This document shows positions 54,388-64,000 of a stretch of 64,000 bases of DNA, one piece after another; within the stretch, counting starts at the first letter, position 1, and every line of letters starts with the position of its first letter. Made by a program: the position numbers and the translations under genes. This DNA is from an uncultured Bordetella sp. (GTDB lineage: Bacteria > Pseudomonadota > Gammaproteobacteria > Burkholderiales > SG8-41). The notes beneath the pieces are model-generated. The model was not told the origin of the DNA. It saw only the letters and a list, made by a program, of their open reading frames with translations, and did not search any database. The DNA lies in contig CAZHFZ010000008.1 of the NCBI GenBank assembly GCA_964531455.1, positions 17,219-81,218 on the forward strand. Direction: 5' to 3'.

Positions 54388-55035
54388 TCAAACCGGGCGC
54401 TTATGGGTTATCCCTTTTGCCACCAGATCCGCCATGTCCTGTGCCTGAGTATCATCCAGTTGCGCCAATCCATCGGCTACACCAGTGCGGTCAGCATCAC
54501 TGCGGTTCTGGCTGACTTTCCATTTGCCGATCAGCCGGCTCACAGGTATCTCAATGCCGACAATGGCGCCAAGCATGCGCTCCAGGTATTCCACGGGCGC
54601 ATCGTCGACGCGCCAGGGTTGCCGCAGTCCGGCTTCCTGCTGATCGGTAAGCCTCGTCACCAGCCCGCGCAGCCATTCGCGGTCATCGTGCACGACCAGT
54701 GGTCCGTAGGCATGCACCACGGCGTAGTTCCAAGTCGGCACCACTTGCCCTGTTTCACGCTTCGACGGATACCACGACGGCGTCACATAAGCCTGCGGCC
54801 CCTGAAAGATCACCAGCACTTCCCTGCCGCCCGACAGGCGCCAGACGGGATTGGCCCGAGCAACATGGCCACGCAGCGTACCGTTGGGCGAGGGTTCCTG
54901 ATCAATCAACAGCGGCAGATGGTTGGCCTCCGGCACGCCATCATGAATTGTCACCAGGGTGGCCAGGGGATGACTCCGCATCAGCGCATGCATCACGTCG
55001 ATGCGTTCCTCGCAGAAGGCACCCACTTGATACAT
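54388..55035 (-). CDS. PaiB-family FMN-binding protein (PNPOx-like split-barrel)
   Basis: 215 aa. N-terminal pattern MR.HPLATLVT...G.P.A.HLPLL and C-terminal G.VAFEI-like (GIEIPVSRLIGKWKVSQNR), typical of PaiB-like proteins. Confidence 0.75.
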   Translation of the reverse strand: MYQVGAFCEERIDVMHALMRSHPLATLVTIHDGVPEANHLPLLIDQEPSPNGTLRGHVARANPVWRLSGGREVLVIFQGPQAYVTPSWYPSKRETGQVVPTWNYAVVHAYGPLVVHDDREWLRGLVTRLTDQQEAGLRQPWRVDDAPVEYLERMLGAIVGIEIPVSRLIGKWKVSQNRSDADRTGVADGLAQLDDTQAQDMADLVAKGITHKRPV

Positions 55036-55050
55036 CGTGAAAAATCCCGC

Positions 55051-56571
55051 TTAGTCGACGAGTTCCAGCCCGAGGTCGAGCTGGGTCGCCGCGGCCGTCT
55101 TGCCGGCCTTGGCGCCGTCACGGCGCTGCGCCTCGACGCCGTCCAGATAATCCTGGGTCACGTCGCCGGTGATGTACTGGCCGCTGAAGCAGGAAGCCTC
55201 GAAATTGGTCACCGAAGGATTGACGCTGCGCACATCGCCGATCAGCGCATCGAGTTCCTGGTAGATCAACGCATCACAGCCGATTTCGCGCGCGATTTCC
55301 TCGTGGGAGCGACCGCTGGCAATCAGTTCATCACGGGTCGGCATGTCGATGCCGTAAACGTTGGCATAACGCACCGGCGGCGCCGCCGACGCGAAATAAA
55401 CCTTGCGCGCGCCGGCATCGCGCGCCATCTGCACGATTTCCCGGCTGGTCGTGCCGCGCACGATCGAATCATCCACCAGCAATACATTCTTGCCGCGAAA
55501 CTCCATGCCGATGGCATTGAGCTTCTGACGCACCGATTTACGGCGGATCGCCTGCCCCGGCATGATGAAGGTACGGCCAATGTAACGATTCTTGATGAAA
55601 CCTTCGCGATAACCCAAATTGAGATGGTTCGACAACTGCATGGCCGAAGGCCGGCTCGAATCCGGGATCGGGATCACCACATCAATGTCGAGATTGGCGA
55701 AGTCCTTCTCGATCTTGCGCCCCAGACTTTCGCCCATGCGCAAACGGGTCTCGTAGACCGAGATGCCGTCGATTACAGAATCAGGACGGGCGAGATAAAC
55801 GAATTCAAACAGACAAGGATTCAGTGACGGATTTTCCGCACATTGCTGGCTGTGGAAATTACCGTCGAGATCGATGAATATGGCTTCACCCGGGGCGACA
55901 TCGCGCACCAGCTGGAATCCCAGTCCATCGAGTGCGACGCTCTCGGAAGCCACCATGTACTCGGTGCCCTGCGTCGTTTCGATTTTGCCGAACACCAGCG
56001 GGCGGATCCCGAACTGATCACGGAAGGCCAACAGACCATAGCCGGCAATCATGGCCACTACGGCATAAGCGCCGCGGCAGCGCCGGTGCACCCCTGAAAC
56101 TGCGGCGAAAATCGTCGCCGGATCAAGCTTGTAATTGGTGGTATTAGCCGCCAGTTCGTGCGCCAGCACGTTTAGCAGCACTTCCGAGTCCGATTCGGTA
56201 TTGACGTGACGCATGTCCAGACGGAACAGGTCGTTTTTAAGCTGCTCGGAATTGGTCAGGTTGCCGTTGTGGCCGAGCACAATACCGAAGGGCGAATTGA
56301 CGTAAAACGGCTGCGACTCTGCAGCCGACCAGGCCGATCCTGCGGTCGGGTAACGGGTGTGCGCGATACCGGCATGTCCCTCAAGACTGCGCATGTTGCG
56401 GGTGCGGAATACGTCCCGCACCATGCCACCGCCCTTGTGCATGTGAAAACTGGCACCGTCAGCAGTAACGATACCGGCAGCATCCTGGCCGCGATGCTGC
56501 AAAACCAACAGTCCGTCATACAGCAGCTGGTTGACGGGACTACGGGCAACGACTCCAACAATTCCGCACAT
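55051..56571 (-). CDS. purF: Amidophosphoribosyltransferase
   Basis: 506 aa. Processed N-terminal MCGIVG nucleophile. PRPP loop [13 protein letters not shown]. Confidence 0.98.
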   Translation of the reverse strand: MCGIVGVVARSPVNQLLYDGLLVLQHRGQDAAGIVTADGASFHMHKGGGMVRDVFRTRNMRSLEGHAGIAHTRYPTAGSAWSAAESQPFYVNSPFGIVLGHNGNLTNSEQLKNDLFRLDMRHVNTESDSEVLLNVLAHELAANTTNYKLDPATIFAAVSGVHRRCRGAYAVVAMIAGYGLLAFRDQFGIRPLVFGKIETTQGTEYMVASESVALDGLGFQLVRDVAPGEAIFIDLDGNFHSQQCAENPSLNPCLFEFVYLARPDSVIDGISVYETRLRMGESLGRKIEKDFANLDIDVVIPIPDSSRPSAMQLSNHLNLGYREGFIKNRYIGRTFIMPGQAIRRKSVRQKLNAIGMEFRGKNVLLVDDSIVRGTTSREIVQMARDAGARKVYFASAAPPVRYANVYGIDMPTRDELIASGRSHEEIAREIGCDALIYQELDALIGDVRSVNPSVTNFEASCFSGQYITGDVTQDYLDGVEAQRRDGAKAGKTAAATQLDLGLELVD

Positions 56572-56582
56572 GGCGCGTTTCC

Positions 56583-57074
56583 TCAGCCGTACTTGATATG
56601 TTGCGCCAGCGCTGGCGGCAGCCAGCTCTTGACACCCAGCGCAACGAGTTCAAGCAACGGGCGCAGCGCAGCATCACGCCATACCTGCTGCTTCGGCAGC
56701 GCAGTCATACCGGCCACCAGTGCCAGCACAATCACCACCGCCAACCCGCGCACCAAACCGAATATTGCACCGAGCACCCGATCCTCAACAGTCAATCCCG
56801 CACTTTTTACAAGTTGCGAAACCGCAACGGCAACAAGACTCATCGCCAGCAGCACCGACAGAAAAAGCGTCACAAAACCTGCAAGCCAGCGCAGTTCCTC
56901 TCCGGGAATTTCTGACGGCATGATTGCCGCAAGATCTCCGCCGAACAACCGAGCAGCGATGAATGCGATGACCCATGCAGCAAGCGCAAGCAACTCCCTG
57001 ACCAGCCCGCGAAGAACACTGAGCAGAACCGAGAAACCGACGATGGCGAGCACAACATAGTCGATCAGCGTCAT
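56583..57074 (-). CDS. cvpA: Colicin V production membrane protein CvpA
   Basis: 163 aa, 4 TM. Conserved position upstream of purF. Confidence 0.9.
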   Translation of the reverse strand: MTLIDYVVLAIVGFSVLLSVLRGLVRELLALAAWVIAFIAARLFGGDLAAIMPSEIPGEELRWLAGFVTLFLSVLLAMSLVAVAVSQLVKSAGLTVEDRVLGAIFGLVRGLAVVIVLALVAGMTALPKQQVWRDAALRPLLELVALGVKSWLPPALAQHIKYG

Positions 57075-57076
57075 CT

Positions 57077-57808
57077 TTACCGGGGCACAACCTTGCCGTC
57101 GAGTTGCAACTTCTGCAACTGCGGACGCGCCTTCTCGGCGGCTTCACGGGTATTGAAGGGACCGACACGCACACGCGTCACAGGCCCTTTTGAAGTCTGA
57201 ACCACTTCCGTGTACGCCTTCAGGCCGCTGCCGGCGATTTTGGCCTGCAATTCCCTGGCTTTGGCGGTATCCGACAACGCCGCAACCTGAATCACAAATC
57301 CACCGGTTGTCGCCGCTTTGGGGGGCTCCTTGACGCTGTCTTTGGTTTTCGCCGATTCGGTTTTGGCCGCCGCCTTGGTTTCAGTCTTGGCTTCAGTTTT
57401 GGGCTCAGGCTTGGCTTCTGCGGTGGATTCGACCTTGGTTTCGGCCTTCACCTCTTGCGGCTTGGTCTCCGCTTTGACCTCAGTTTTCACCTCTGGCTTT
57501 GTGGCCACAGCTTCAGATTTGGATTCTTTCGGCGCAACAGCCGGAGCCACGGCAACAGGCTCAGATTCGGGCCTCGCTGGCGTCGCGGCAGGTTCTGCCT
57601 GCTTAAGTGGTGTTGGCGGTGTGGTCAACACCCCGGCATCCGGCGACGGAATCTGGATATTGATGTTTTGGTTGACCGTCTTGGGTTCCGAATCAAGAAC
57701 CATGGGCAGGACTACGGCCACCACGGTGACCAACACGATCGCACCCACCAGGCGGCGGCGTGCGCGCTTTTTCAGCTGGAGTTCTTCGTCGCTAACGTTT
57801 CTCGCCAT
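57077..57808 (-). CDS. SPOR-domain cell-division protein (DedD-like)
   Basis: 243 aa. N-terminal TM anchor, Lys/Glu/Thr/Ala/Pro low-complexity repeats (KTEVKAETKPQEVKAETK...). C-terminal SPOR domain FVIQVAALSD...RVRVGPF. Confidence 0.8.
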   Translation of the reverse strand: MARNVSDEELQLKKRARRRLVGAIVLVTVVAVVLPMVLDSEPKTVNQNINIQIPSPDAGVLTTPPTPLKQAEPAATPARPESEPVAVAPAVAPKESKSEAVATKPEVKTEVKAETKPQEVKAETKVESTAEAKPEPKTEAKTETKAAAKTESAKTKDSVKEPPKAATTGGFVIQVAALSDTAKARELQAKIAGSGLKAYTEVVQTSKGPVTRVRVGPFNTREAAEKARPQLQKLQLDGKVVPR

Positions 57809-57858
57809 GCTTTGATACGCAGTAAACGAAGTAACTTATTGATTAATAACGATTTTTA

Positions 57859-59136
57859 CTATGGCCGGCGATTGCGGAACGCAGTCATCGCAGCAGCTAC
57901 GGTAAGAAACGATCCGAAGGCCAAAATTCTATCACCATCTCCTGCCGTGCGGTACGCGCGATCACATGCTTCTTCGATGTTTATGCACATTGTGATCTCG
58001 ACGTTGACACCGGCATTGCGCAGGGATTGCTCCAACTCATCAGCACTCATTGCCCGCGGCCCTTCAAGTGGCGCAACCAGCCAGTGGTCGATATGCCCGC
58101 GCAAAAGTCTGACAACACCGGCAACATCCTTGTCTTTCAGCATCGAAAACACCGCCAGCGTTTTACTGTAGCCAGTCATTTGCACCAGATTCAGAGCCAA
58201 CGCCGATGCAGCATGCGGATTGTGGGCTACATCCAGTATGACTGCAGGCCGACCCGGCAACACCTGGAATCGACCGGGGTTTTCAACGGAAACAAGGCCG
58301 GCACGGATGTCACCGGCGCTCACCGGCAGACGATCACGCACGGCATCAAGTGCAGCAATGCAGGCACTGGCGTTGGCAAGCTGAAAGGTGCCACGCAAGG
58401 CTGGTGGCGGCAGACCGTAGCGGTTGCCGCCAGGTCCGCGATAACGCCATTGCTGCTGCTGCGCTTCATAACCGAAATCACGCCCTATCAGCAGCAAATT
58501 GGCGCCGATCCTGTGGGCATAATCCGTTACCGATGAAGGAGGCTCTGCATCCGCGCAGATGGCAGGCCGGCCGGCGCGGAAAATCGGCGCTTTTTCGGCA
58601 CCGATAGCCTCACGCGTATCACCAAGATATTCCATGTGATCCAGCCCTACGCTCATCAGGAGAGCAACATCAGCATCAAAAGCATTGACCGCGTCGAGAC
58701 GACCGCCCAAACCAACTTCAAGCACAGCCACTTGGACCTTGCGCTCGATAAACAACCATACAGCCGCCAGCGTACCGATCTCGAAGTAGGTCAACTGCAC
58801 CCCGCTCGCAGCACGAGCCTGTTCGACTGCGGCAAAAGCGCTGACAAGATCCGCATCTTCGACATCACGGCTGCCGATACGCACCCGCTCGTTGTAACGG
58901 AGCAGGTGTGGTGAAGTGTAAACACCCGCGCAATAACCGGCGTGCGTGAGCATGGTTTCCAGAAAACGGCAGGCAGAACCTTTGCCGTTGGTGCCGCCCA
59001 CGATGATGACCGGAAAATCGGGTTTCAGTTGAAGCGCATCGCGAACGACATTCACCCGCTCCAGCCCCATCGCAATGTTTTGCGGATGCTGGCGTTCGAT
59101 GTATTCAAGCCAGTCAGATAACGTTACCGGATTCAT
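57859..59136 (-). CDS. folC: Bifunctional folylpolyglutamate synthase / dihydrofolate synthase
   Basis: ORF 57859..59175 trimmed to MNPVTLSDWLEY at 59136. P-loop VGGTNGKGS. Confidence 0.93.
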   Translation of the reverse strand: MNPVTLSDWLEYIERQHPQNIAMGLERVNVVRDALQLKPDFPVIIVGGTNGKGSACRFLETMLTHAGYCAGVYTSPHLLRYNERVRIGSRDVEDADLVSAFAAVEQARAASGVQLTYFEIGTLAAVWLFIERKVQVAVLEVGLGGRLDAVNAFDADVALLMSVGLDHMEYLGDTREAIGAEKAPIFRAGRPAICADAEPPSSVTDYAHRIGANLLLIGRDFGYEAQQQQWRYRGPGGNRYGLPPPALRGTFQLANASACIAALDAVRDRLPVSAGDIRAGLVSVENPGRFQVLPGRPAVILDVAHNPHAASALALNLVQMTGYSKTLAVFSMLKDKDVAGVVRLLRGHIDHWLVAPLEGPRAMSADELEQSLRNAGVNVEITMCINIEEACDRAYRTAGDGDRILAFGSFLTVAAAMTAFRNRRP

Positions 59137-59196
59137 CATATCTTGCTTGCTCGGACGCAATCGGGGCCCACTCACCCCGTAGCAGGCTTCAGTAAA

Positions 59197-60069
59197 TCAG
59201 GCGGCCGGAGCCGGTTGCTTGAGCAGCAGCGTGAGCAGTCGCGCCAGCGTATCGCGCATTTGCCGACGGTCGACAATCATGTCGAGCGCGCCTTTCTGCA
59301 TCAGGAATTCAGCGCGCTGAAAGCCCTCGGGCAGGGTCTCACGCACGGTCTGCTCGATCACCCTCGGCCCGGCAAATCCGATCAGCGCGTTGGGTTCGGC
59401 AATAACGACGTCTCCGATCATCGCAAAGCTGGCGGACACGCCGCCCATGGTCGGATCGGTCAACACCGAAATGAAGGGAAGTCGTTCATCAGCCAGCCTT
59501 GTCAGTGCCGCGCAGGTCTTGGCCATCTGCATCAGCGAAAACAACCCTTCCTGCATGCGCGCACCACCGGTTGCAGTAAAGCAGATAAACGGCAGCCGCT
59601 GCTCGACACAAACCTGCACGCCGCGCACAAAACGTTCACCGACCACAGAACCCATGGAACCACCGAGAAAGCCGAATTCGAAAGCTGCAGTAACGACCTG
59701 TATTTCCTTGATCGCGCCCTGCATCACCACCAACGCGTCTTCTTCGCCGGTTTCATTGCGTGCCGCGGTCAGACGGTCGGAATATCGTTTGCTGTCGCGA
59801 AATTTAAGACTATCCACCGGAGTGACTTCAACGCCGATCTCGTAGCGCCCTTCCATGTCGAGCAGCCAGTCGAGACGTTCACGTGCGGAAACACGGTTGT
59901 GATGACTGCACTTCGGGCAGACAAACAGATTTTTTTCCAGATCGGTACGGTAAAGAACCGCTTCGCAGGAATCGCACTTGCTCCACAATCCCTCAGGAAC
60001 CGCTTTTTTCGGAACACCGGAATCACGCTTGATGCGCGGCGGCAGCAGCTTTTGCAGCCAGCTGCTCAT
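59197..60069 (-). CDS. accD: Acetyl-CoA carboxylase carboxyltransferase beta subunit
   Basis: 290 aa. N-terminal zinc ribbon CDSC...CPKC. GGSMG motif. Confidence 0.97.
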   Translation of the reverse strand: MSSWLQKLLPPRIKRDSGVPKKAVPEGLWSKCDSCEAVLYRTDLEKNLFVCPKCSHHNRVSARERLDWLLDMEGRYEIGVEVTPVDSLKFRDSKRYSDRLTAARNETGEEDALVVMQGAIKEIQVVTAAFEFGFLGGSMGSVVGERFVRGVQVCVEQRLPFICFTATGGARMQEGLFSLMQMAKTCAALTRLADERLPFISVLTDPTMGGVSASFAMIGDVVIAEPNALIGFAGPRVIEQTVRETLPEGFQRAEFLMQKGALDMIVDRRQMRDTLARLLTLLLKQPAPAA

Positions 60070-60872
60070 TTTTCCCCGCCGGAGTCCATCGCCACCCGGA
60101 TATCCGCCATGAATGCCCGCACTTTTGCGGCCGCGTCAGCAGGCGATGATTCAATTTCCTGCACCAGTCGGCTGCCAATCACCACTGCATCGGCAACCTG
60201 TGCAATGGCATGCGCTGTTTGGCCATCACGAATACCGAAGCCCACACCAACCGGCAGCGCAGTAAAACTGCGGATGCGTTCCAGACGCTTCGCCACATCA
60301 CCAATGTCGATGTTGGCTGCACCGGTAACACCCTTAAGTGAAACGTAATAAAGATAGCCGCGCCCCAACTCTGCCACCTGCTTCAGCCGCGCGTCGGACG
60401 TCGTCGGTGACAGCAGAAATATTGTCTCAAGGCCAGAGCGATCCAGTGTGGTCACCAGATTTTCGGCTTCCTCGGGCGGATAGTCGACAACCAGCGCGCC
60501 ATCAACACCAGCGGCCTTTGCGGCATCTGCAAATGCCTCCAAACCCATGGACTCGATGGGATTGGCGTATCCCATCAGCACCACCGGCGTCGTTGAGTCA
60601 GTCTTACGGAACTCGGCAACCCAGTTGATCACGTCGTGCAGTGATACACCATGCATCAACGCACGCTCACTGGATCTCTGGATCACCGGACCATCAGCCA
60701 TCGGGTCGGAAAACGGCACACCGAGCTCGATCACATCGGCACCACCGGACACCAGCGCATGCATCAGCGGCACACAACTGGCACGATCAGGATCGCCGGC
60801 CGTGAAAAAAGGGATCAGGGCCTTCCGGCCTTCTTTTTTGAGACGTTCAAATCTGGCAGCAATACGCGACAT
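60066..60872 (-). CDS. trpA: Tryptophan synthase alpha chain
   Basis: 268 aa. [14 protein letters not shown] motif. 4-nt overlap with accD. Confidence 0.97.
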   Translation of the reverse strand: MSRIAARFERLKKEGRKALIPFFTAGDPDRASCVPLMHALVSGGADVIELGVPFSDPMADGPVIQRSSERALMHGVSLHDVINWVAEFRKTDSTTPVVLMGYANPIESMGLEAFADAAKAAGVDGALVVDYPPEEAENLVTTLDRSGLETIFLLSPTTSDARLKQVAELGRGYLYYVSLKGVTGAANIDIGDVAKRLERIRSFTALPVGVGFGIRDGQTAHAIAQVADAVVIGSRLVQEIESSPADAAAKVRAFMADIRVAMDSGGEK

Positions 60873-60901
60873 CGGAGGATTTCTTTTCCGGAAGTAGCCG
60901 G

Positions 60902-62101
60902 TCAGAACTGCAGACCGGATTTTTCGGCAACGGTATGCATATCCTTGTCACCGCGACCGGACAGGTTGACCAGCAGGATCTGGTCCTTGCGCATGCGCGG
61001 CGCCAGCTTGGCGGCGTAGGCCAGGGCGTGGCTGGATTCCAGCGCAGGAATGATGCCCTCGAGACGGCACAGCTTGTGGAATGCCTCAAGCGCTTCGTCA
61101 TCGGTGGCTGCCACATACTCGGCGCGACCACTGTCCTTCAACCATGCATGCTCCGGCCCAACACCAGGGTAATCGAGGCCGGCCGAAATCGAATGCGTCT
61201 CGATGATCTGACCATTGTCATCCTGCAGCAGGTAAGTACGGTTTCCGTGAAGCACACCTGAGCGGCCGGCACACAACGTTGCCGAATGTTTACCGGTTTC
61301 AAGGCCGTAACCAGCCGCCTCGACACCGATCAGGCGCACGTTCTCATGCTCGATATAAGGATGGAAAATTCCGATCGCATTGGAACCACCGCCCACGCAG
61401 GCCAGCACAGCGTCGGGCTGCCGTCCGGTCATCTCGGGCATCTGCTCACGCGCTTCCAGTCCGATCACCGACTGGAAATCGCGCACCATCATCGGGTACG
61501 GATGCGGTCCGGCCACAGTGCCAATGATGTAGAAGGTGTTCTCTACATTGGTGACCCAGTCGCGCATTGCCTCGTTGAGCGCATCCTTCAGTGTCTTTGA
61601 TCCCGACTCCACAGGGACAACCGTCGCGCCCAGCAACTTCATACGGTAAACATTCTGCGCCTGGCGCTTGACGTCTTCAGAGCCCATGTAAACCACGCAT
61701 TCCATGCCATAGCGGGCTGCAATCGTCGCGGTTGCCACGCCGTGCTGCCCTGCGCCGGTTTCGGCAATCACGCGTGGCTTGCCAAGATGGCGTGCAAGCA
61801 AAGCCTGGCCGATAACGTTATTGATCTTGTGCGCACCGGTGTGGTTCAGGTCTTCGCGCTTCAGGTAGACCTGTGCGCCGCCGAAATGCTCCGACCAGCG
61901 GCGGGCATGATAAATCGGGCTGGGGCGACCGACATAATGTTTGAGTTCATAGGCGAATTCGGCCTTGAAGGTCGGATCATCCTTGAAGCGCGCATAAGCG
62001 GCCTTCAGGTCCTCCAGCGCAGAGATCAGGGTTTCGGAAACGAACACGCCACCATAAGGTCCGAAATGGCCTTTGGCATCCGGCAAGTCATACACCCGCA
62101 T
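60902..62101 (-). CDS. trpB: Tryptophan synthase beta chain
   Basis: 399 aa. PLP-lysine context [17 protein letters not shown] motif. Confidence 0.98.
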   Translation of the reverse strand: MRVYDLPDAKGHFGPYGGVFVSETLISALEDLKAAYARFKDDPTFKAEFAYELKHYVGRPSPIYHARRWSEHFGGAQVYLKREDLNHTGAHKINNVIGQALLARHLGKPRVIAETGAGQHGVATATIAARYGMECVVYMGSEDVKRQAQNVYRMKLLGATVVPVESGSKTLKDALNEAMRDWVTNVENTFYIIGTVAGPHPYPMMVRDFQSVIGLEAREQMPEMTGRQPDAVLACVGGGSNAIGIFHPYIEHENVRLIGVEAAGYGLETGKHSATLCAGRSGVLHGNRTYLLQDDNGQIIETHSISAGLDYPGVGPEHAWLKDSGRAEYVAATDDEALEAFHKLCRLEGIIPALESSHALAYAAKLAPRMRKDQILLVNLSGRGDKDMHTVAEKSGLQF

Positions 62102-62711
62102 TACGTACTCCGTTCATGAAAGCTTCAATTTTGGCGGCATCCTTGATGCCTTTTGCCGCTTCGACACCGCTGGAAACATCCACCGCCCAGGGACGGACTG
62201 CCCGTACAGCCGCTTCGACGTTGCCCGCATCCAGTCCACCGGACAACACAATCGGCAACCCCAGATCGCGCGGGATCAGATTCCAGTCAAACGTTGCACC
62301 AGTGCCCCCGCGGACACCCTCTACAAACGCGTCCAGCAAGAGCCCCCGGGCCTCGCGAAAATCATGGCCATATTGTAACAAATCGACCCCGGGCCTTACC
62401 CGGACAGCTTTGAGATAGGGCACACCGAAAGCTGAACAATAGGCCGGTGTTTCATCGCCGTGGAACTGCAACAACTGCAGCGGTACCTCTGCCAGGGTTT
62501 TGCGCACCACATCGGGCTCGGCGTTGACGAACAATCCAACCGCAGTCACGAAAGGCGGCAGTGCATCAACAATCATCCGTGCCTGCTTATTCGCAACTGC
62601 TCGCGGACTTGCATCATAGAACACCAGCCCGATGGCATGGGCCCCCAACCGCACAGCCGCCAGTCCGTCCTGGACACGGGTAATACCGCAGATTTTTACG
62701 CGTGTATTCAT
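62088..62711 (-). CDS. trpF: Phosphoribosylanthranilate isomerase
   Basis: ORF 62088..62918 trimmed to [11 protein letters not shown] at 62711. 14-nt overlap with the trpB start. Confidence 0.93.
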   Translation of the reverse strand: MNTRVKICGITRVQDGLAAVRLGAHAIGLVFYDASPRAVANKQARMIVDALPPFVTAVGLFVNAEPDVVRKTLAEVPLQLLQFHGDETPAYCSAFGVPYLKAVRVRPGVDLLQYGHDFREARGLLLDAFVEGVRGGTGATFDWNLIPRDLGLPIVLSGGLDAGNVEAAVRAVRPWAVDVSSGVEAAKGIKDAAKIEAFMNGVRNAGV

Positions 62712-62712
62712 G

Positions 62713-63510
62713 TCATTCAACCGTAGCGTGCACCAGTCTCGGCCCCTGCATCCGGGGCTCCGGCAATCCCCAGTGGCTTTCGTAATCCACGCGCAGCAGA
62801 TACAGGCCTGAAGCATCAAAGGTCGGTGCTGCGCGCGCCCGATCCCGGCCACGCAGAAGTTCGCCAATCCATTGCGGCGGATGTTTGCCTTTGCCGACAT
62901 AAACCAGGCTACCCACAATATTGCGTACCATGTGATGAAGAAACGCGTTTGCCGAAAACTCGAAAATCACATAGGGACCATTCACCGCTACGCTAATCGC
63001 ATGAATGGTTCGCACCGGCGACTGCGCCTGGCATTCCGCAGCACGAAAAGCCGTGAAATCATGCTCACCGACCAATTGCGCTGACGCGGCACGCATGCTC
63101 CCGACATCAAGCGGCGCATGAAACCAGCCCACTCTGCCGTGGTCTGCCGCCGGACGCACCGCATCGTTGAGCAGCACATATCGATAAACACGGGCGCGCG
63201 CGGAAAACCGGGCATGGAATTCACTGCTGACCGGCTGCGCCCAGGTCACGGCAATCGACGGCGGCAACAGTGCGTTAACGCCTCTTACCCACGCACTGGA
63301 CGGCCGATCAACATCACAGTCGAAATGGACGATCTGCCCCAGCGCATGAACACCGGAATCGGTGCGCCCCGCGCAAATGGTACTCACAGGAACGCCGGCA
63401 ATGCTTGAACAGGCATTCTCCAGGCGATCCTGGACGGCGCAGCCCGCAGTCTGCGTCTGCCAACCGCAAAAACCGCTGCCGTCATATTCGATGCCTAAAG
63501 CCATTCTCAA
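62713..63510 (-). CDS. truA: tRNA pseudouridine(38-40) synthase
   Basis: 265 aa. [19 protein letters not shown]-terminus and catalytic Asp context GRTDSGVHA. Confidence 0.95.
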   Translation of the reverse strand: MRMALGIEYDGSGFCGWQTQTAGCAVQDRLENACSSIAGVPVSTICAGRTDSGVHALGQIVHFDCDVDRPSSAWVRGVNALLPPSIAVTWAQPVSSEFHARFSARARVYRYVLLNDAVRPAADHGRVGWFHAPLDVGSMRAASAQLVGEHDFTAFRAAECQAQSPVRTIHAISVAVNGPYVIFEFSANAFLHHMVRNIVGSLVYVGKGKHPPQWIGELLRGRDRARAAPTFDASGLYLLRVDYESHWGLPEPRMQGPRLVHATVE

Positions 63511-63542
63511 GAGCAGTGCTCCCGCGCCTTAAGCGCACCCCA

Positions 63543-63579
63543 GAAAAAAAGAAACCGCGGCAGGAACCCTGCCGCGGCC
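63543..63579 (-). terminator. Rho-independent terminator downstream of the fimV-like gene
   Basis: Minus strand: CCGCGGCAGG-GTT-CCTGCCGCGG followed by TTTCTTTTTTT. Confidence 0.8.
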
Positions 63580-63601
63580 GTTGATCATTCCACTAAGCGG
63601 G

Positions 63602-64000
63602 TTAACCGAGCGAACCGAGTAGTTTCTCCGCCTGATCCTTCTGTTCCACATCGCCTTCCTTGATGACTTCCTGCAGGATTTCCCGGGCGCCATCGTTATC
63701 ACCCATCTCCTGATACGCCTTGGCCAGATCGAATTTCTGCTGTACGTCGTACCAGTGCCCATCCTTTCTTCCGGATGGTGCCGCCTGAGTCAAAGTGTCG
63801 TCGAGATTGATATTGAGATCACCCACATCAATCTTGAAATCAAGACCAGCATCGGCCGCGGGAGCAGCAGGCTCGGCAACGGCTTCAGCAGCGGGAACAT
63901 CAAGCGGCGGCAGATCGATATTGAAATCGATGGAAGCCGGTTCATTCAATGCCGCCGGAGGCATCTCGAGCGCGATATCAGGCGCTGGTGCCGGTGCATC
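63602..64000 (-). CDS. fimV: FimV-like protein, C-terminal part (gene continues beyond the right edge)
   Basis: C-terminal motif WYDVQQKFDLAKAYQEMGDNDGAREILQEVIKEGDVEQKDQAEKLL, matching the FimV C-terminal TPR-like domain. Preceded by acidic repeat-rich sequence. The frame stays open to the window end. Confidence 0.75.
   Translation of the reverse strand, partial: DAPAPAPDIALEMPPAALNEPASIDFNIDLPPLDVPAAEAVAEPAAPAADAGLDFKIDVGDLNINLDDTLTQAAPSGRKDGHWYDVQQKFDLAKAYQEMGDNDGAREILQEVIKEGDVEQKDQAEKLLGSLG

Overview
The window has about 60 tightly packed protein-coding genes at high GC. Gene order looks betaproteobacterial (Rhodocyclales/Nitrosomonadales-like); that is inference from synteny and protein motifs, since no search was possible. 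Almost all of it is conserved core chromosome: mutS, slyD, bcp, dapA-bamC, pstSCAB, glmM-folP-ftsH-rlmE, greA-carBA, dapB-bamE/fur, recN, nadK/hrcA-hemH, grpE-dnaK-dnaJ, cysS, ppiA-ppiB-lpxH, and purF-cvpA-SPOR-folC-accD-trpA-trpB-trpF-truA-fimV. Three small accessory modules interrupt it. (1) A left-edge catabolic cluster: SDR, Asp/Glu-racemase-family enzyme, TctC/Bug binding protein, DadA-like oxidase. (2) A five-gene arsenic operon of the GAPDH-ArsJ type: gapdh-arsJ-arsR-arsC-acr3. (3) A three-gene cassette of NupC-like transporter, enolase-superfamily enzyme and isocitrate/isopropylmalate-dehydrogenase-family enzyme, between dnaKJ and cysS. I found no tRNA/rRNA genes, CRISPR arrays, transposases, integrases, phage genes or recognisable defence or toxin-antitoxin modules. 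I cannot honestly point to a convincing novel multi-gene system. The most interesting signals are non-coding. They include a SAM-II-like riboswitch plus terminator in the leader of a MetY/MetZ-like gene, and a CIRCE-like inverted repeat in front of hrcA. There are also two sigma-32-type promoters (grpE, dnaK) with a long AT-rich hairpin in the dnaK 5'UTR. The hemH-grpE spacer holds a hairpin-dense REP/MITE-like element, and two perfect palindromes sit at the ars promoter. All motif calls were made by eye and need covariance-model or PWM confirmation.
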